Of a stretch of 64,000 nt of DNA, positions 56,153-64,000 are shown in pieces. The notes under the pieces were generated by a model. The model was not told where the DNA came from and searched no databases. It saw nothing but the letters and a program-made list of their open reading frames with translations. The position numbers and the translations under genes were made by a program. Every line of letters begins with the position of its first letter. Positions within the stretch are counted from its first letter, which is position 1. This DNA is from Eledone cirrhosa (taxonomy: Eukaryota). The DNA lies in assembly GCA_964016885.1 (NCBI GenBank), contig OZ024745.1:129890001-129954000 (forward strand), read 5' to 3'.

Positions 56153-57329
56153 ACAACTGTATGGTTTCTTTGAGATATTTTGGCAATATCAGCGTTGTCT
56201 TGAATAGAAGCCGCTTATAACATTAACATTTTATTCGTACGTAAGTTCTAGTGAATGCAATCTAGTACAATGAACAGTAAAATTGGGTGCAGTTTACATT
56301 AGGAATCTTCATTGTTCTTATTGTAAGAATAAAAATAAATGTAACAAAAGAACACTAACAGAAAATCTGCAGTTGTATCTCGGATAATTTAAGTCCAGAA
56401 TTGTTTATTTGTTTCTTCCAAAAATAGATTATAAATGTTATCATTTAATTTAAAGGCTTCATAAATTTCCGACACAAAACCACCCCACAATATAGCTGCT
56501 ACTTATCATCGTTTGGTTAATGAGCTCTTTTTCATATAAATCATTTTTTATTGCTGTTTCTTTTCGGGGGTAATTTTGGAAGTAGCAATTCAAAATGTAA
56601 AAAATAAGAAGGCATACAATTGTAAATAAAAAAAACGAAACGAAGAGAACGAACGAAGAAATATATTGATATCGAAATAAATAACTATTTAATATTTGCG
56701 TCTGAATAGCTAAAAGCACTAAAGAATTTTATTTTCGGTAAATTAAATTTTGAAATTTAACTAAAAATTCTAAACATCCATTGTTTTCTCCTTCATTTAA
56801 ATTTGTTATTTTCTCGATATTATTAGATCAAACGTCTTAATCTAGAATAGAGTTTTGCAGAAGATTTGTAATGTAAGATTTCGTATTATTTCCATGTTCT
56901 ATTTAGACTTCAGATGTTACAGAGAATAGAAAAGACCTTCCTATGACGGAAACCATTTGATGAGATTTCTTGGGGATATTTAGTGCAATCCAGGCGTTAT
57001 TTTGTTTTTTATATGCATTTTTAGCTAACAATATGCTAATACTGATAATCAGTAATCTATATAGATGATTGATGTCAAGAAGTTCCTAACATTGAAATGT
57101 AATTTAAATTGTATTATTTTTAATATGAGAATGTAGTGATAGCTTATTTGTATAGGATTGTGTCTGTATATCGGTGTTACTAAGTGCAAAGATGAGGTCA
57201 AGAAAGAACTTCTTAAAAGTAATATAAAAGAAAACATATGCATACATAGCAGTAAAATAGTAAAATAAGGATTTGTGTATCGCTACGAAAGATTTTGTAT
57301 AGACAATTTTTAATATTTTCTCCTTATTA

Positions 57330-57550
57330 GGGCGGTGGATTGGCAGTATCGGTAGAGAGTCGGACGCCATGCTTTCCAGCAAAGAGTTAAGGCCCTTTAC
57401 GATCTGATTTCAAATCCCGCCGAGGTTAACTTTGCCTTTCATCCTCACGGGGTCGATAAAATAAAGTACCAGTCACGCACTGGGGTCGATTTAATAGACT
57501 TTCCCTCACCCCAAATGACGGGCCTTGTGCCTATATAAGAAACCAATATT
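57330..57550 (+). mobile_element. SINE S1 full-length long variant, TSD AATATTTTCTCCTTATT
   Basis: Has ~30 bp of extra internal sequence and a 17-bp TSD. Confidence 0.92.
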
Positions 57551-57856
57551 TTCTCCTTATTGTGTTTTGTTAATATGCTTGCATGAATCTATAAATCTCT
57601 CAGACAATAAAGCCTAGCCTTCATGACTTTCAGAATTATTTTTTGTTCTGCTTTCTATTTGAAATTTTCCAGCATTTGTCCAAAATTTCATTAGTATTTA
57701 AACGAAGAATTAAATAATTAAATATCAGGGTTGCACTGCTATTAACACTATTTTATTTACTGTTCTCCTCAGAAATATAAAACCTTGTATCACTCAGTCA
57801 GTAAAACAAGTGATAACTATCATTAAAAATATAGAACTACTGCGTCCAAGTGTTAT

Positions 57857-58185
57857 CATATAGGATAATTTTTCCATAGTCCTTAGCACTTTCATATAGG
57901 GTAATTTTTCCATAGTCCTTAACACTTTCATATAGGGTAATCTTTTCCATAATCCTTAGCACTTTCATATAGGGTACTCTTTCCATAGTCCTTAACACTT
58001 TCATATAGGGTAATTTTTCCATAGTCCTTAACACTTTCATATAGGGTAATTTTTTCCATAATCCTTAGCACTTTCATATAGGGTAATTTTTCTATAGTCC
58101 TTAACACTTTCATATAGGGTAATTTTTCCATAGTCCTTAACACTTTCATATAGGGTAATTTTTCCATAGTCCTTAGCACTTTCAA
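57857..58185. repeat. 36-bp minisatellite, ~9 copies
   Basis: Unit CATATAGGGTAATTTTTCCATAGTCCTTAACACTTT, head-to-tail with no spacers. Confidence 0.92.
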
Positions 58186-58428
58186 ATGAAATTAATCAAT
58201 GAATTTACCGAGTAGATTAAGAGCTTAAATGTTAGAAAAGGTCATTTAGCGTAAATCGTACAATGCACGATTGATCGAGGTAAAATCCGTAGGAGGGGTT
58301 TCAGGGTAAGATTATAGACAATCGTTTTGTTCAATCACCGAGAGATTTCAATATTCAATATACTATTTTTGCTGTTTACGTTGCACACAACTATCCAGTT
58401 ATTATTGTTTCTCATCTTAAGGTTAGTG

Positions 58429-58572
58429 AAGGCGCATGACTTAGTGGTTAGAGCATTGGGCTTGCAATCGAAAGGTTGTGAGTTCAATACTTGGACCGAG
58501 GGATGTGTTGATTCCTTGAGCAAGACACTTTATTTCACGTGGCTCCAGTTTACCCAGCTGTAGAAATGAGAT
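58429..58572 (+). mobile_element. tRNA-derived SINE (different family, CORE/V-like centre)
   Basis: A-box TGACTTAGTGG and B-box GAGTTCAATAC, then TCCTTGAGCAAGACACTT...CCAGCTGTAGAAATG. Confidence 0.7.
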
Positions 58573-58937
58573 GATAGGACTGGGGCCACCATCATTAAAT
58601 TACCCAAGACACCTCCAACGAGATATACCTTGGAGAAGGGCAGCTAAACCTGCATACGTGTGACTGTCACACACGCATCTAAAGGTTAAATCATTATTTT
58701 TTTGTTTTGAGAATAATTTAATTCGGTTTTACAATCCAATAAACTACTCGGTATTTACTTGTTATTTCAGCGCAGTACTTTAATATTACAGAGAATGTCT
58801 CTTTTAGTGCATGTAGACTACTCACTATGCGAAACATTTCTAAACATTTTATTCACGCAAATAAAAATGTTGTATATCATTTTAGCTTTTCCTTCTATTC
58901 TTTCTTTAAAATATATAATTATTAGATCTATGACAAA

Positions 58938-59300
58938 GGCCAGTGGATTGGTAGTATCGGTCGGGCGCAGGAAATACGATTTGTGGCATTTAGTTACGTC
59001 CCTTTGCGTTCTGAATTGAAATACCGACGAGGTTAACTTTGCCTAACTTTCCTTGGGGTCGATTTTATCGAATTTCTTCTAACCCCAAAATTGTGCCTAA
59101 ATCAGAAACCATTAATAGATCTATACCAAACGGTAGTAGATTGACAGTGTCGGTAGAGCGTTAGACAACAGGATTTGCTGTATATGATCATGGATATCAC
59201 TGCTATGAATTCAAATAACAATTTGTATTTCATCCATACAGTAACATATAAATACTGTACTCGATATAATGGACATTCTCCATCCCCTAACTAGGTGGAC
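58938..59300 (+). mobile_element. Two old diverged S1 copies
   Basis: GGATTGGTAGTATCGG...GAGGTTAACTTTGCCT...TTGTGCCT, then a second head at 59130. Confidence 0.6.
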
Positions 59301-60879
59301 AAGTTAGACAAAAAGTTCTATTAAAAATGAAATGTATTCATGAATTAACGTATTTGTAAGGAAAGCTAAAAATTAAAACTGCAGCTCAACTTTGAAAGCA
59401 AAATAAATGCAAAATTTCAAATTAAGTTGAAAAGCATTCGTTTCGAGGCGAAATATGAAAAAAAAGAAAAAAAATGTAACTTGGTATGTGCACAGGCATG
59501 ATTATGTAGTTAGGAAGTCCGCATCGAAATTAACTTTTCTTAATTCAAAGCCACTCTTTCAGCAATGTGCGAAATAATTTCCAGATGGGCTGTGCGCAAG
59601 AATAACATACGCACAAAAAATATCATATGCATCACTAATTTCATACGCCTCGGCAATGTTCGTTCACTCTCGGCGCGTCCGTTGGCTTCGCTGGAACCCG
59701 CCGTGCTTGACTCTTCACCAGCCGTTCGCTCACGGGCCCTCCATTGGCTTATATATATATATATATATATATGAATATGGGGCGGGGGTCAAATTCCCGA
59801 TCTGGAATTGAATAATCAAAACCGTAGCGGTATGTCACATATCAAATCTTACATTTTGTCTGCTGAAAACGTACTTAAACACTATTGTACCTTTGAAATA
59901 AGTATAATAAAATATATATTTTGATTATGACAATATTTTTCATTTATTAACATTTTGAATAATACATATATATATATATATATATACATATATATACATA
60001 TATATAAAAGACATGCCATTTCATCAGGTGTGGATTACAATATTAGTTATATAAGATAAGAGGATTACGGTGAGCATAAACAGAATATAGATGATAGACT
60101 TCTTTCATTATTTGGCCCCCGCCAAAATAAATTTAGTGAATGTTGTTCATAGAGGGAATTGAAACGACATTTACTTCTTTTAGTATTTAAATACTTGATT
60201 GCGTCCAATAAATTATTGCCTTTTTCAATAAATATTCAATTTCATCCACATACTCAATCTTACATGTAATTCTTCCTCTCGTTTCCCTCACCGTCTCCGA
60301 TCTCCCTGTCTCCTTCACTCCACCCATCTTTCTATGCGAAGTAGAAATTATATATATGCATGGATTCCTATATGCTAAGTGCGCATCTATCTCCATGACC
60401 GTGTCTTGTCCAAATAATTTTCAGAATCATATTACATCATATGTAACCGGTCTTTCGTGTTTTTAGTATAGACGTCATTTCAAATTAATTTAGCAACATC
60501 TGTTAAAGCGTGACAGTACACCCTCTCTAGCTATTCAGCTGAACAAAAACAGAAATCTATAACAAAGAAAATATTATAAATTTCATTTTATATCATATAA
60601 ATTCTCTCTGCATATTCCTTATAAAACATTAATAATAAACTTTAATAAATTTGGTCTCTTTTCTTCAGATTTTTGCACAGCCCTTCAAGTGTTTCAATAT
60701 GTTTATGCATACCCTTTAGAATGTTGCGTATAGCAAGTATTTATGCAGTGGTTGAATATTTAGTGAATATGTATGGTCTAATATTGCCTAAATTAAGTAC
60801 CTATCTGTATTTTATATCAATATTTATTATATTCCATGCGTTGTGCCTCAATTTGTAATCGATATATATATTGCATTTT

Positions 60880-61065
60880 AGGGTGGTGGGTTGATATTAT
60901 CGAAGCTTAGATTCTAGACCTTTACTTTTAATGTTCATAACCCACCGATATCTAGTTTGCCCTTCACAATTTCGGGGAAGGCTCGATAAAATGAAGACCG
61001 TTAATTGTGACAGTTAATAAAATATGTAGAATATACCCTCCATCCACTCAAATATATAGAATTTG
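60880..61065 (+). mobile_element. Old diverged S1 copy
   Basis: GTTCATAACCCACCGA..TTTGCCCTTCA..TTCGGGG..TCGATAAAATGAAG. Confidence 0.5.
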
Positions 61066-62169
61066 CCAGTTTTAGTATCATCGATCGTATATTACATTTC
61101 GATGTTGGCAGATGTAAATGTTTACCAATCCATTCAAAATCTCCATACATTTGGTTTTATAGCGAATATGTTCCCATTCTCCTAAATATTTTTAGTATTC
61201 CTACAGCAAAGTAACGATTGTTTAACAAAGATTACTATTCCTCTTAAGAGTCGTCAAATAATTATCTAACCCTAACCACAAACAAATCCTAAGTGTGACC
61301 CAGAGCAGAGTACTGTTCCCATATCAAGGACGATTCTACCAATGATCTGAACATTATTTTAAAACTCAAAAATATCATTATCAATACTCAGATCTTTCGA
61401 CCATAGATGTGCCATAGACTCGTAGGTCTTCTAGTGATCCACTAGCATAGGACCGGAGCACAGAACGTTTTACTCAACCAAGTCTATTAAATGATAATCA
61501 AACCCTAAAACATAATCCACACAAGACAAGTAAATCTAATGATTATCCTGCTATTATCTGAGTACAATATCTATAAAATCTTACTTGATAAACGCTTACA
61601 AACCGGCTTCTTTTTCTAGAAGGAACGCCAATGATGTCTTAGTCAGTATGCCGTATTATTTCTAAAGAATACTTATAGGAGTTCTCTACTTAATCGAGCT
61701 GATGTCTTGCACTATTTAGAATAAGTCCGTTGAATACCAATGGATTGAATGTAAAAGCCTACACTCTAACACCGCATTAGTTTTTGTAACCCGAAAAGAA
61801 CACATCGAATTAAAACATAAATCAATATGTTTACTAAATAGAGAACAAGTTTGCATACAACCTCCGCTCAAGGTATACTGAGCGTAAGAAGTTTATCCAC
61901 ATCACTCATCTTTCAACTTCATTTGTTGGGATATAGGAACGTCACCGTGTCACTAACGTCTCATGTTTACTAAGATGTAATATTCCCGTGACAATACAGA
62001 AACGTTAAGAGTAAAACTTTAATTTGCTGAGGCTTATGTTTGATATTAATCTGATATATCTAATCGTAATCTGCTACTACACCCAGAAAAGAACCATTAT
62101 GTTGACTACAAAAAAGAACACATTTTCGTTTCAAATTATATATATATATATATTCATTATTATTAGTAG

Positions 62170-62272
62170 TAGGTTAACTTTGCTTTCGTCCTTACGGGGT
62201 CGATAAAATAAAGTACTAGTAATGCGCTGGGGTAATAGCTGGCCTTGTGCCAAACGTAGAAACAATTATTAT
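62170..62272 (+). mobile_element. 5'-truncated SINE S1, TSD ATTATTATTAGTAGTAG
   Basis: Core and tail. Confidence 0.85.
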
Positions 62273-62344
62273 TAGTAGTAGTACAGATTAAAGTTTAAAC
62301 AAAGAATCGCTGCTTTCACCCTTTTACGATATCTTCTGAAAATG

Positions 62345-62482
62345 ATAGCTGTCAAAACGGCCGGAGCTCAGCCGTCAGGGTCCTGAAAAGATTCATGACT
62401 CTGACAGCTAGATCCGTTATGGTCGGATCTAGCTGTCAAAACGGCCGGCGCTCAGCCTTCAGCAGGGTCCTGAATCTTTTCA
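62345..62482. mobile_element. Family B rearranged mini-element
   Basis: Two direct copies of AGCTGTCAAAACGGCCGG.GCTCAGCC..CAGGGTCCTGAA, with hairpin GACAGCTAGATCCG/CGGATCTAGCTGTC. Confidence 0.7.
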
Positions 62483-63964
62483 TGTATATATATGCATTTA
62501 TCCATTAAACTATGGACGCTATTCAACATATATAATTAGAAATTACATGAAAATGTAACTTTAGAATATTGTTTGTATCCAGTAATCAATTACAGACAGA
62601 TTTATATATTAAGAGAATTCATAAGAGAATAGGAAACTCTATGGGTGCAGTTCAATAGCGAACTGAAATAACTAATGCTGATATGGTACAGATGACAAGA
62701 GTAATACAGTAACAAAGACAAGCCTCCTGCAACTTAGTAAAACTAGAAGTCTTATAAAAATTGATTTACTCAAAATTAGTTTCTTTTCTAATTTAGCGAC
62801 CCGCTCTAGGCAGAGAGCCTGTCACTCTCTCCCATCTTACTCTCTTTCTTCCGTAGTTTAATATTCCTTGCTCTTTCCCTCCTTTTACTCTTATTTATGG
62901 CATTTATAGTCCTCTCTTCTTCTTTCCTATACAGCTAAATATTTATTCCTTCTTTACCCATCCCCATTTTTATCATTAATTCATTTCGTTTTATCTTGCT
63001 TTATTCTTTTAATATTTTCATAATTGTATAACTTCTTTTTGTAAAATATAGTTGACATAATATTCAAATTATATTCCACCCAAATTATACTATAAACCAT
63101 CTAGTGGAAGTACCAGCCTACTACGCTCACCAACGCCCTGAATCTTATTTTTCTCAACAGCCATATCTATTTATTTGATATATATAATAATCCACAGGAA
63201 AATTATCAAAACCTGCGCTGTTTGAAGCCCAATTAAAATTTATGTCAGGATTTTATTTTGTAAACAGGTTGATGATTGCAACAGCCATCGTCTATTTCGC
63301 TTCACTATTAATAAAGCTTATCTGCCTGAATGTTGCATACTTACTTTTTGAATCGTAAATATATTTCTTTTTTGTCTTAAAACATGAGGAAAACCGAGAG
63401 AGCAAGCAAGAGAGAAAGAGAGACGGATATAAGTGAAAGAAAGGGAAAGAGTGATAATATTGAATGAAATGAAAGCGAATGAAAGTAAATTAAAATTAAA
63501 AAATATACACAAGATGGATGCATTCCAATTTGGTTAAAATTAGCCACATGAAATTCACATCATTACAGATATTTGTCAAATTTGAGAACCAAATAAAAAA
63601 AAATTATTTATACTGATGAAACTTAATTGTGGCTGCAATGAAATTTCTGCGGCATGCTTTCTTCATTTCTCCTCATGTTATATTTCAAGGAAATCAAATT
63701 GCATCTTCATGTTGTTATTATGAAGGCAATTATTTTATTTTAAAATGTTTGTTAAAATGTTTGTTAAAATTAATTTTTTTTAAATATATTTTTTATTATA
63801 CTTGACATCAAATGAAATTGGACAAATATTCCGAGTCGGAACTTAACTAAATAAATACTTCACAAGAAAATGAGAATATTTAATTAATTCACATTAATTA
63901 AGATAATTATATTAATATATATATATACATGTATATATACATACGTATATATGTATATATGCAT

Positions 63965-64000
<36 letters not shown>

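Noticed and set aside
57857-58185. CRISPR-like 36-bp repeats, or a repeat protein MKVLRTMEKLPY
   Set aside because: No unique spacers, no cas genes, eukaryotic context, and the frame shifts between units.
58429-58500. tRNA gene
   Set aside because: The cloverleaf is not intact and the sequence continues into a SINE-type body.
61266-61278. Telomeric CTAACCCTAACC
   Set aside because: Only two units, expected by chance.

Overview
AT-rich, microsatellite-dense eukaryotic intronic/intergenic DNA. It is most consistent with an octopod cephalopod, inferred from the SINE families. I can support no intact host protein-coding gene: almost all long ORFs in the track are translations of (TA)n, (CA)n, (CT)n or (GAA)n. 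The window holds about 16 copies of a tRNA-derived SINE and relics of several non-LTR clades (CRE-like, R4/Dong, RTE/RTE-X, L1/Tx1, CR1). It also holds Tc1/mariner remnants and several Penelope-like elements (PLEs), one retaining an RT YVDD motif, a GIY-YIG domain and an inverted pseudo-LTR. The main signal is that most short islands inside the (TA)n tracts are PLE 3' ends from about 10 sequence-unrelated families. They carry minimal type-I hammerhead ribozyme (HHR) motifs (stem I-CUGANGA-stem II-GAAA-short, often palindromic stem III-NUH) with covarying stems. Many are 100-300 bp fold-back mini-elements whose inversion centre lies in or next to the ribozyme, and several families share a downstream TAT(T/C)GAG(T/C)AC motif. 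All folds were read by eye, and ribozyme activity is untested.
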